DNA of 63,384 nucleotides, counting the filler, from Octopus bimaculoides (taxonomy: Eukaryota), in assembly GCF_001194135.2 (NCBI RefSeq). It is 8 parts of 8 records of this genome, joined end to end, with 100 filler letters (N's around TTAATTAATTAA, not from the genome) between each part and the next. Parts side by side here need not be neighbours in the genome. Positions count along the whole stretch, not along the records: positions 1 to 9,712 come from NC_068991.1; 7 more parts are not named here. The stretch is one strand, 5' to 3'. The translations under genes and the position numbers were made by a program. Below, one piece after another: positions 1 to 9,812 of the stretch. The notes under the pieces are model-generated. The model did no database searches and was not told the DNA's origin. It saw nothing but the letters and a program-made list of their open reading frames with translations. Each line of letters starts with the position of its first letter. Positions within the stretch are counted from its first letter, which is position 1.

Positions 1-1
1 T

Positions 2-1304
2 TTGGAATTTAAATTGTTGCCAATCCATTCATGTAAATCACATATTTGGTGTGATATTTCTACAGGTTTTTCGAGACCATTTGTGCCTGAAAAGCATAGA
101 AAAGCTGTTTTTTCTACCTTACATAATTTATCTCATGCTGGTATTGGAGCTTCATTGAAATTGATATCAAGTTGATTTGTTTGGCCTGGTATGAATAAGG
201 ATATTAGTTCCTGGGTCAAGTCATGTATGCAGTGTCAAAAATCAAAAGTACATCATCATATCAAAGCACCATTGGGTACATTTGCGAATCCAGATGCGAG
301 ATTCCAACAAATCCACATCGATATAGTTGGACCCTTAACTGCATGTGAAAATAACATTTATTTGTTGACATGTATAGATCGTTTCTCGAGATTACCAGAA
401 GCTTATCCCATCAAAGATATTTCTGCAAAAACTATAGTAAAAACTTTGTTTACTAATTGAATCTCTAAATTCGGTGTTCCAGATAAATTAACGACCGATC
501 ATGGTAGACAATTTGAGTCTACCCTTTTCACAGAATTCAATAAATTGTTGGGGATTAAAAGAATCCGTACAACTTCTTATCATCCACAGTCTAACGGCAT
601 GATAGAGAGATTTCATAGATAGCTAAAATCTTCATTAAGAACTTATTCTGATTCTAGCAGTTGGTTAGAAGCTTTACCAGTGGTATTGTTAGGAACCAGA
701 AGTGCTGTTAAAGAAAATATACAATATTCTCCTGCTGAACTCTTGTACAGAATGACATTAACTCTACCTGGTCAAATGTTCGAAGAAAACAATTCTTTTA
801 ATGGAGATGTTAATGATTATGTAACTCACCTTCAGAGATTTCTTACTGATATCCCAGCTTTTACGAGAAAATTACAGAATGTTAAAAGTTTTGTTCCCTC
901 TGATATTAATTCTTGGACTCATGTATTCATACGTAATGATGCTACTCATAATTCACTGAAATATAAATACACAGGACCTTTTAAAGTTTTGTCAATTAAA
1001 GATAAAACTATGACTCTGGATATGCATGGCAGAAAAGAGATTGTCAGTTTAGACAGAGTAAAAAGGCTTATTTTGACCAGTATCCTTGTCATGGAAATGA
1101 TGATGCAAATGTTACATCTCAGAATAATATGAAACAGAGCGATACATCTCAGAATAATATGAAACAGAGTGATATTCTAAAAAAAACGAACCTAAGGTTA
1201 ACGGAAACGCTCAAAAGTCAATTTTAAAATTACCTACCAGCGAAAAGAAAACTAGAAGTGGTAGAATTGTGCATTTTCCCAAAAGACTTACTCAGTTTGT
1301 TTGA
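2..1304 (+). mobile_element. Ty3/Gypsy LTR retrotransposon pol 3' end (integrase), pseudogenised
   Basis: Frame +2 reads HNLSH..GIGAS (HH), VWPGMNKDISSWVKSCMQCQKSK (CC), FQQIHIDIVGPL, KLTTDHGRQFES and TTSYHPQSNGMIERFHR (DDE core). In-frame stops at 173-175, 458-460 and 620-622. A frameshift near 1070 is followed by the C-terminal KTRSGRIVHFPKRL* motif ending at 1304. Confidence 0.93.
1114..1173 (+). repeat. 30-bp in-frame tandem duplication in the integrase C-terminal tail
   Basis: acatctcagaataatatgaaacagagcgat followed by acatctcagaataatatgaaacagagtgat (1 mismatch). Confidence 0.9.
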
Positions 1305-1583
1305 ATATATTCCTCATAAACTTTTGTATTTCTGGAATTTTTTGTTTATAAAAAAAATTTTGTAAAAAATTTTTTGTTTAGTTCCAGAAATTGAACATTG
1401 TGATAAACTTTATAAGAATGCTGTTGCTTTCGTTAAACCATGATGTGTGGTTATTTTCATTTCTTTAACATTGTAAATTTGTATATTTTAAAATTGTATT
1501 AATTCAAATATTGTATTGAGATATATACGTATTGTAATTTTTTTTTTATCGCAAAATTGAGAATTTTTCTAGTGAAGGGCTAA

Positions 1584-2181
1584 TATAGCAAACTCATAAG
1601 AGGCGGAGAGATAGGTTCGTTTGCCCGAATAGGAGAAATTGTTGATTTCTCATTGGTTAAAAATTACTGCCCATATACGAATTCTGAACTTTCATTAAAG
1701 AAATCTTTCACGAAGTACTGTTCTTAGAATTCGTGTATGAGCAGTTATAAAAACCTTGATTTTGGGGAAACTCTCCAGTGATAGTTGGACTGTCACTCAA
1801 ATCCACAATACTCACTCTCAGTGATTGTTGGGTTGTCAATCAAATCCATGACACTCACTCTCAAGTGATCGTTGGGTTGTCAATCAAATCCATGACACTC
1901 ACCCTTTTGAGTATCGGCTAATCTTTATGCCATGTTCAATACTCAAATCCAACAAGATTGAATTGTTGTGAACTCTAGTAGTTAGTATGAAAGATTAGTT
2001 AGTGTGAATTCTAAGTTGTATTTCTCTACGACAAAATGACCTTACTTTCAAATTGTACTATAAATGCCAAATGTACATAAATAAACTAATGTAGAATTAT
2101 TTCCTTTTACTTCACATTCTTTCAACTTGTTAAATTTATTTCTGTATTTATGAAACTGTGTAGTTTTTTTATGTGACGGTC
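1584..2181 (+). mobile_element. 3' LTR of the Gypsy element (inner end uncertain)
   Basis: Follows a purine-rich tract (tagtgaaggg, ~1570-1579) downstream of pol. Begins TATAGCA, matching TGTAGCA in the second copy. Contains three 43-44 bp tandem units at 1777-1903. Confidence 0.75.
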
Positions 2182-2277
2182 GGGGGCGGGGACACTGTAT
2201 CTTGTTTACAATGCTTTTGATTGTAAGGTATAACAAATATTATTATTATTTCATAAGTAAACTAGTCACTTATAAGT

Positions 2278-2337
2278 ATTTACGCCGCCTGAGTTAAGAG
2301 TTATGCATGCATAACTCTTAACTCAGGCGGCGTAAAT
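2278..2337. repeat. Perfect 60-bp palindrome with no spacer
   Basis: atttacgccgcctgagttaagagttatgca (2278-2307) is the exact reverse complement of 2308-2337. Confidence 0.97.
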
Positions 2338-2416
2338 GTTATGATGAATTATACATACCAAGACGCTGAACGTGCGTTTAATGCATGCATGTATGTTGAA
2401 GATATGGATTTGTATG

Positions 2417-2976
2417 GACCGTCACAAAAAAAAACTACACAGTTTCATAAATACAGAAATAAATTTAACAAGTTGAAAGAACTTGAAGTAAAAGGAAATA
2501 ATTCTACATTAGTTTATTTATGTACATTTGGCATTTATAGTACAATTTGAAAGTAAGGTCATTTTGTCGTAGAGAAATACAACTTAGAATTCACACTAAC
2601 TAATCTTTCATACTAACTACTAGAGTTCAAAACAATTCAATCTTGTTGGATTTGAGTATTGAACATGGCATAAAGATTAACCGATACTCAAAAGGGTGAG
2701 TGTCGTGGATTTGATTGACAACCCAACAATCACTTCAGAGTGAGTGTCGTGGATTTGAGTGACAATCCAATGATCACTGGAGAGTTTCTCAAAATTCAGG
2801 GTTTTTATAACTGCTCATACACGAATTCTAAGAACCGTACTTCATGAAAGATTTCTTTAATGAAAGTTCAGAATTCGTATATGGGCAGTAATTTTTAACC
2901 AATGAGAAATCAACAATTTCTCCTGTTCAGGCAAATGAACCTATGTTCTCTCTCCGCCTCTTATGAGTTTGCTACA
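2417..2976 (-). mobile_element. Second LTR copy, inverted (solo or truncated)
   Basis: The reverse complement aligns colinearly with 1584-2181 with scattered substitutions. It starts exactly at TGTAGC (2976) and has two rather than three internal tandem units (2696-2778). Confidence 0.8.
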
Positions 2977-4291
2977 CCTTGTAGCATGTCTGCAGGAATT
3001 TAAATGCTTTCATCTTTGGTTCAGTGTGTATTTATCCTGGAGCAGGATGAAGAGCTTTTCAGTCAGGTACAAATTGCAGCTCATTGGGCATCCTTATTCT
3101 CCATGCTTATATGGTGCAGCTTTCTCCAAGATTGTTCAGCTGATTTTGAAAGGACAAGTATCCTCTTCTTTCACTTGCCAGACATGTTTAGCAAAACTTG
3201 TTGCTGTCTTATTTTTGGGATATTGAAATGAATTTTGGTGGGAATATGATTTAGTCTTAAAGGAATTTTCTGAAGCTCCTGTATACATTTTGTATTCTTG
3301 TGAGCCATCTATTTGTATAGATTATTCCTTTCTCAAGACAATTTCCTCCTACCGGTCAGCAACTTTGGTCTTTACAATTACAACTCTTCTGGTTATTTCC
3401 GGCACTGTAGTTTCTTCTAATGGTTTTCATGTTGTGCTGGTTTTAATTAAAGAGGCGAAGCTCTTGCAACAAGAATAGCTAACCTTCAATGTTCCATTAA
3501 AAATTCTATGTTAGTTTTTTACGGCAATGTTAAATGCTGGATTAAACCACAAAACTTTCCTAGTTTTAGTTCTACATGTTCTATTATTGTCAGTAGTGGT
3601 TTGACTATACTGGATCTTTTCCGAGAATCCACTGTTCCTTAATTCATTATTTTAATATGGCACAGCATTTTGAAATGCTGTCTCGTCTGAAGATATGGAT
3701 GATATGTGCCTTCCTATATTACTAACTAGATTCTTAAGTATTACGGATGGATGATTTAACTCTTTATTAATATAATGTAGCTTTTCATTAGGCTTATAGT
3801 AGGGTTTAAATTTGTCTAATTGCAAATCTAACTTAATATCTAAAATATCTACATTATTTAGGTTAGTTTCTATTGTTATCCATAAGCCCATTCTTTGGAA
3901 GAATGTAATAAGATTCTTCCTAAGTCTATCTAACTAATGGCCAACCGTCCTCCCTGTATAATCCTGCATCTATAAAAGGGAATTCTAGATGCAGGTTATG
4001 CAAAATATAAGCTCTTATAAGCATACATAACTCCACTCTGTAATATTCCCCCATTGGCACATCAAATAAAGAATTCTCGTTCTTTTTGACCCAGGTGGAA
4101 TCATCGCAAAAAAAGAGGGATTTCCTTGCATATAGAATAATATCTCTATCTGAACTGTTGATGGTGACATATTGTTTAGCGAAGTCTAATGCTTTAAGAA
4201 GTAAAGGCCTGGATATTGAAGGGTCAAAGGTGACATTATCGAACTGTGTAAATTTGAAGTTACATTTATGGCTAATTCCCTGGAAACAATC
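2977..4291 (-). mobile_element. Penelope-like retroelement, RT core to GIY-YIG endonuclease C-terminus, decayed
   Basis: Minus-strand translation across stops and frameshifts gives FTQFDNVTFDPSIS..LLLKALDFAKQY, ARKSLFF..WVKK..FDVPMG and GLYREDG (3944-3964, YRDD-type motif). It continues GLWITIETNL..DILDIKLDL..FKPYYKPNEKLHYINKELNHP, RKVLWFNP, SFAKHVWQVKE, ILEKAAPY..CNL.LTEKLFIL and NSCRHATR. Confidence 0.88.
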
Positions 4292-4293
4292 TA

Positions 4294-5605
4294 TTGGGTT
4301 GGTAACTAAGTTCCCGCCGTTTTTAAAAATTTAAATTTTTTAAAAGGTTTAATAAAAAATAACACCTAATTAATCAATAATATATTCACCCTTGTTGTTT
4401 ACAACTTCTTCCCAACGTTCAACAAGATTTTCAATATCTTGTTGGTAGAAATCACCCGATTTTGACTCGAAAAATTGACCCAACCAAGCTCTCAATTCTG
4501 CATCAGTATTGAACAAAACTCTGTGCATAGCATTTAAAAGAGATCGAAAGAGGTGGAAATCCGTTGGTGCCAAATCAGGAGAGTACGGCGGGTGTGGCAG
4601 CACTNNNNNNNNNNNNNNNNNNNNNNNNNNNNNNNNNNCCCGGCCATGCGTTTGAATGGCTTCTTTGGTCATATTGGCGATATAAGGGCGGGCGTTGTCA
4701 TGCAGCAGAAGAATTCCATGCTGCTGATTAGGTTTTTTTCTCTTGAATAGCCATGTTGAGTCATTCCATCTGTTGACTGTTTGGTTCCATTCAAGCAATT
4801 CGTAATGGATAAGTTCTTCCCAGTCCCACCATACACACAATATCATTTTACATGGATGAAGATCTTGTTTCGCATGCGGTGTCGCTTGTTTACTGGGGCT
4901 AAGCCATTCCTTATGCTGCTTCATATTGATGTATAGGCACCGTTTTTCATTGCCAGTAATGATTCAGTAAAGAAATTGTTGCTTGTGTCCATGAGTTGAG
5001 CAGTGATGGGCAAGCAAACCAGCAAAGATTGTGGCACGTTGATTTTTGTTGTTGTCACTTATAGCATGCGGAACCCATGCTCCATACTTCTGAACCTTTC
5101 CCATCGAGTGAAGATGTTTCTCTGTAGCAGTGTGGTAGCATTCCATTTTATCTGCCAGTTCCCTTGTCATTTGACGAAAATTTTTGTGCAAAAGTTGGGT
5201 TAATCGCTCTTCATCGAACTCAACTAGATGGCCAGAACGAGGTGTGTCTTTGAGGTCAAAATTTCCATTTTTGAACTTGGCATAACCAATCAAGAATGGT
5301 TCTTTCAGCTATGGCACCCTCTCTATACACAGCACAAATGTCGCGAGCAATTTTTGCAGCCTTAGAACCTTGATTAAAAGCAAAAAGAAGGAGGTGTCGA
5401 AAATGCTTGTTTTTCTTAACTTGACATTCCATTTTAATGATCTGAAAATAAACAAAAATTAACTAAAATTAACTAGAAAAAAAAACAAAATAGATTCCAA
5501 AATGATTCAAAAATAGAATTCTTGCAAAAAAATAGATTCCAAAATTTAAAAACACAATAGATTCCAAAATTTAAAAAAACAGTGGGAACTTAGTTGCCAA
5601 CCCAA
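4294..5605 (-). mobile_element. Full-length mariner DNA transposon (1312 bp) with TIRs and TA target-site duplication
   Basis: The left end TTGGGTTGGTAACTAAGTTCCC matches the reverse complement of the right end (TTGGGTTGGCAACTAAGTTCCC). TA is present at 4292-4293 and 5606-5607. Confidence 0.96.
4370..5432 (-). pseudogene. Mariner DD34D transposase, disrupted
   Basis: ATG at 5432 (MECQVKKNKHFRHLLL). Motifs WVPH, TGNEK (first catalytic D mutated to N), HDNARP and YSPDLAPTDF, with 34 residues between the second and third D once the N-gap is collapsed. Frameshift near 5290, stop at 4964-4966, short deletion near 4775. Confidence 0.93.
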
Positions 5606-5607
5606 TA

Positions 5608-6292
5608 TAACTGACTTACTGTTTCCCCAAATCCATAAATTTAATTCTCTATTTAACTTGTTTAAAATAGAATCTGAAATATTTTTTGCTAATAATGCCC
5701 ATTTCTGTTTTAGCTGGGTTCATTAGTCTACATTTACGGTTTCTACTGAAATTAGCTTTGTGTTCCTTAAGGGTAATAAAGGATTGGCATTGGGGAGGTA
5801 TTCTATCCTATCCAAAGATTGTTAGTGATCCTTCTTACTTCAATATTCACCTCTTTATATAAGTTTGTATTAGCTTTTTTGTAGGTGTCTGTAATGCTAT
5901 TCAAAAAAAGTTGTTTGTAAAGATCTTTTTCAACTGCATATAGGTTTTTTGTTTTATCGGAGTTTATGAAAATCTTATCCAAGTTCTTTATATTTCTAAT
6001 TTTTTCCTTTCTTGTCTTTCTAGAGCGAATTGATGAATTTACAGAATTTTATTCTTCTGACTTCTAAAAGGTCTTTTTCAAAAGCTTCTAATTCCAAAAT
6101 AGGTGGTGGGATTTTAGAAGATGTAAGGCCATACTTGTTTCTGTTAATTTGTTGTTTCATGTAAAAGAAGTAAGCTCGCCATCTCATTCTTCAAATAAAA
6201 TCTTCCATTTTTTCAATTAGGCTTTTGAGGTATTGCTTCTGCATTGGGATAGGTATGTTTTTTTAAAGAAAATCCAACAGGTAGAGTTCCAT
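5608..6292 (-). mobile_element. Penelope-like retroelement, N-terminal ORF part (continues 2977-4291)
   Basis: LKNIPIP.QKQYLKSLIEKMEDFI*RMRWRAYFF, DKTKNLY and FITLKEHK.NF..N.KCRLMNPAK.EMGIISK. Removing the mariner and one TA restores the codons N-S-K-S-V-I-D-C-F-Q across the junction. Confidence 0.85.
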
Positions 6293-6462
6293 TTTTTCAG
6301 CTGTTTCTTCTTCCTACTTGTGGAGAGTCGCTCAGACTTTCTTAAAAAAGGAGTAAGTTGCACCAGAGTAAGCACATAAATGTAAAACAAATTGGGAAAA
6401 AATAGTACATGATACTAGAGGTAGAGTAATATGCTTTATCATTAAAGCTGCAAAAATATCAC

Positions 6463-6510
6463 AAAAAATTGCTACTCAGAGTTTCACGTTCCCTTTCATC
6501 AGACTGTTTT
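6463..6510 (-). ncRNA. Minimal type-I hammerhead ribozyme motif in the Penelope 5' region
   Basis: Minus strand AAAACAGT-CTGATGA-AAG GGAA CGT-GAAA-CTCTGAG-TA-GCAATTTT. The CUGAUGA/GAAA core is intact, stem II has a GGAA loop and one mismatch, stem III is palindromic (ACTC-T-GAGT), the cleavage triplet is GUA, and stem I pairs 6 of 8. Confidence 0.7.
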
Positions 6511-6936
6511 GATTGAGAATGGATCAAAAATTAAGGTGATATACAATTTACATTGACAGATAAACATTTGAAATTGGTTTCATTTGTCCTTTCAGCTAAT
6601 GTCTATTTAAAAAAAAAGAAATGGTATTATACATAAAATTAAAAGGTTTAAAAATCATGTATGTAAAATCAAAGGAAACCTTAAATCAAAAAATAAATTT
6701 TAGTTAGAAGGAAAAACATGTATATCCAGGGTAAATTAATTAATGCTAAAATAAAGTTAATTAAAATAAATGTCTGTTTATCATAAAATATTCACTTACA
6801 GAAATCTAACAGCATAAAAATATAAGCACACATTATTCACAAGCAAATGTATACAAATATTCACTTATACTGAAACACTAAAAACATACAAACATTGGTA
6901 CATGCATATATATGTTATATAGAAATATATGTTATC

Positions 6937-8052
6937 ACCATCATCATCATCATTGTTTAATATCTATCTTCCAAGAGATCATGGGTATGACAGTTTGCAA
7001 GAGCTGGCCAGCTAGAAAAACTTTGATGTGCTACTGTGTCTGTTTTGGCAGGTTTTTACAGCTGGATGCCCTTCCTAACATTAGCCACTCTTCAGAGTGG
7101 ACTCAGTGATTTTTATGTGGCACTAGCACAGGCGTGGTCAGTTTTGGCATAATTTCTGCAGCTGAATGCCCTTCTAAATGCCAACCTCTTCACGGTCTGG
7201 ACTGGATGCATTTTACATGGTACCAGCACTAGCAGAGTCACCAAATAACTCACAAGACAAAGAATTATGAGAGGGACAGGGGCATTTAGGAGAGGAACTC
7301 ATGTCAGAGGATGAAAGGTTAGAGGGTGACAAAGAGACAGAGGGGCAGAAACAGGTGTCTTACTATAATGGAGGGGGCATTGGAGGAGGTGATTCAGTAT
7401 CAGATGATGAAGATTTAGAGTGTGACAGAGACATACTTGCTATAGAGGAGGTACATGGTTACTCAGTAGAAGAGAGAAAGAAAGTGAGAAAGCAACCACG
7501 AACAAGGGCAGGTGCTGCTGTAGAGGAGATACTTGGCTACCCAGCCAGAGGGAAGAGTGAGGGAAAGTAGAATACAGCAAGCGTGTAAGTGAGAGCAGGA
7601 GAGAAATGGCGAAGTGCCTGCGTATACTCACAAGTAACAAGGATCAGAGCATAGATGTGATGGTAAAGTAACGAAAAGAAAGGTACAAAGGTCATACTAT
7701 ACGTGATCAGGTATTGTTAAAAAGGTGGAAGTAGGAAGTGAGGATTGCAGTGACTGGCAAATACCTGCGTAGAGGGCAGGAAAGGGGATTGGAAGACAAT
7801 CATAGTTTATGAAGAGGGAATGTGAGGAAGAGAATGGTGTTGTTTAGAAGAGATGCAGTTCAGTTTCTTGGGGTAGGGTGTGTGAAAAATTTGTTGTTAC
7901 ATGTGGGTGGGACACAACTTTTCTAGCACTAAGCTTTGTCAATGTGGGGGTCTTCTCTAGAACCTCATATTGCCAAACATCTTGGTCCATTGTCATTTCC
8001 TCTAAGAGTCCCAACATCCTAAGATCAGTCCTCACCACTTCATCCCATGTCA
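6937..8052 (-). mobile_element. RTE-clade LINE 3' fragment (ORF2 C-terminus, ~1 kb 3' UTR, (GAT)n tail)
   Basis: TWDEVVRTDLRMLGLLEEMTMDQDVWQYEVLEKT at ~7945-8050. The (cat)n tail and the ctggatgcccttcctaac motif are shared with the copies at 8643, 13962 and 54068. Confidence 0.75.
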
Positions 8053-8065
8053 TATAATATATGTC

Positions 8066-8109
<44 letters not shown>

Positions 8110-8186
8110 TGACAACAAAAGAATGAGACCTCGATATAGGTAAATAGAGAAATTTATACATTTATAGTTTAGGACAATCAATAAGT

Positions 8187-8259
8187 TGTTATAATAGGAC
8201 TCAGAGTTTCAAATGCCGGAGCTAAGAGCTACGATGCATTCTCATTGGCTATTATGACA
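8187..8259 (-). ncRNA. Second type-I hammerhead-like motif, catalytic core mutated
   Basis: Minus strand TGTCATAATAG-CCAATGA-GAATGC..GCATTT-GAAA-CTCTGAG-TC-CTATTATAACA. Stem I pairs 10 of 11, stem II is AATGC/GCATT, stem III equals that of the 6463 motif, and the triplet is GUC. The core is CCAAUGA instead of CUGAUGA. Confidence 0.6.
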
Positions 8260-8642
8260 ATAGACGCTATAAAAAAAACGTTGAATAAAAGGGAAGTTAC
8301 TCTAATAGGTAGGGAAAATATAAAAGATAAAAAATACACGCAACCATATTCTCACAATACATAGACATCAAAACCTCCTGCATTCATAACGTCTACATAC
8401 ATACACACTCACACAAACATATATACATGCCCATACACACACAAACATATATGTGCATTTACATACTCATACACATATCCACACCTACACGCATATTTAT
8501 ATATATGCATGCAACTTCATCCTCACATACACGTAGGTGTATGCTTACATATATATTAGACATTTATACATATAAATATACACATATATATATACATAAA
8601 CATANNNNNNNNNNNNNNNNNNNNNNNNNNNNNNNNNNNNNN

Positions 8643-9511
8643 TTCCATGCTAGCATGAGTTGGACGATTTGACTGAGGACTGGTGAAACCAGATGGCTAC
8701 ACCAGGCTCCAATCTGATTTGGCAGAGTTTCTACAGCTGGATGCCCTTCCTAACACCAACCAATCAGAGAGTGTAGTGGGTGCTTTTACGTGCCACCGGC
8801 ACGAAGGCCAGTCAGGGTGTACTGGCAACGGCCACGCTCAAAATGGTGTATTTTACGTGCCGCCTGCACAAGAGCCAGTCCAGCGGGACTGGCAACGAAC
8901 TCGCTCGAATGTCTTTTCACGTGTCAGGAAGGCAACGTTGGTAACGGTCACGCTCAAATGGTGCCATTTACGTGCCACCAGCACGTAAACCAGACAGCTG
9001 CTCTGGCAACGGTCACGCTCGGGCGGTGCTCTTTGTGCGCCGCTGATACAGGTGCCATTACGATTTCACTTTCACTTGCCACAACAGGTCTTCACAAGCA
9101 GAGTTTAGTGTTCAATGAAGGAGACGCTGGTATGGGTGCCAGTCATTGAATTTGGTTCGATTTTGATTTCACTTGCCTCAACAGGTCTTCGCAAGTGGAG
9201 TTTAGTGTCCAAAGAAGGAAAGGTACGCATAAGTGGGCTGACTACACCCCTGGCAGAGGCCTCGGATTATGGTCTCACTTGGCTTGCTGGGTCTTCTCAC
9301 ACACAGCATATTTCCAAAGGTCTCGGTCACAAGTCATTGCCTCAGTGAGGCCTAAAGTTCGAAGGTCATGCTTCACTACCTCATCCCAGGTCTTCCTGGA
9401 TCTACCTCTTCTACAGGTTCCTCAACCGCTAGGGTGTGGTACTTTTTCACACAGCTATCCTCATCCATTCTCACCACATGACCATACCAGCGCAGTTGTC
9501 TCTCTTGCACA
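8643..9511 (-). mobile_element. RTE-clade LINE 3' fragment, younger subfamily
   Basis: CVQERQLRWYGHVVRMDEDSCVKK..(frameshift)..RGRSRKTWDEVVKHDLRTLGLTEAMTCDRDLWKYAVCEKT at ~9280-9511, followed by the 3' UTR. Confidence 0.88.
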
Positions 9512-9712
9512 GAGTTTCTACACCTGGATGCCCTTCCTAACGCCAACCAATCAGAGAGTGTAGTGGGTGCTTTTACGTGCCACCGGCGCGAAGGCCAGTC
9601 AGGGGGTACTGGCAACGGCCACACTCGAAATGGTGTATTTCACGTGCCACTTGCACAAGTGCCAGGAAGGTGACGTTGGTAACAGTCACGCTCAAATGGT
9701 GCCATTTACGTG
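9512..9712 (-). mobile_element. Second copy of the RTE 3' UTR segment abutting the previous fragment
   Basis: agagtttctaca..gatgcccttcctaac..gtgccaccggc repeats 8726 onward, with an internal deletion. Confidence 0.8.
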
Positions 9713-9812
9713 NNNNNNNNNNNNNNNNNNNNNNNNNNNNNNNNNNNNNNNNNNNNTTAATTAATTAANNNNNNNNNNNNNNNNNNNNNNNNNNNNNNNN
9801 NNNNNNNNNNNN
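9713..9812. other. Artificial scaffold-join linker
   Basis: 44 N + TTAATTAATTAA (stop codons in all six frames) + 44 N. Confidence 0.97.

Noticed and set aside
2048-2550. Two ORFs with near-identical peptides (2048-2236 minus, 2341-2550 plus)
   Set aside because: They are mirror readings of the inverted LTR arms, with no recognisable domain.
1584-2976. DIRS-type element interpretation of the inverted terminal repeats
   Set aside because: The adjacent coding region is a DDE integrase with a Gypsy C-terminus; no tyrosine recombinase or internal complementary region was found.
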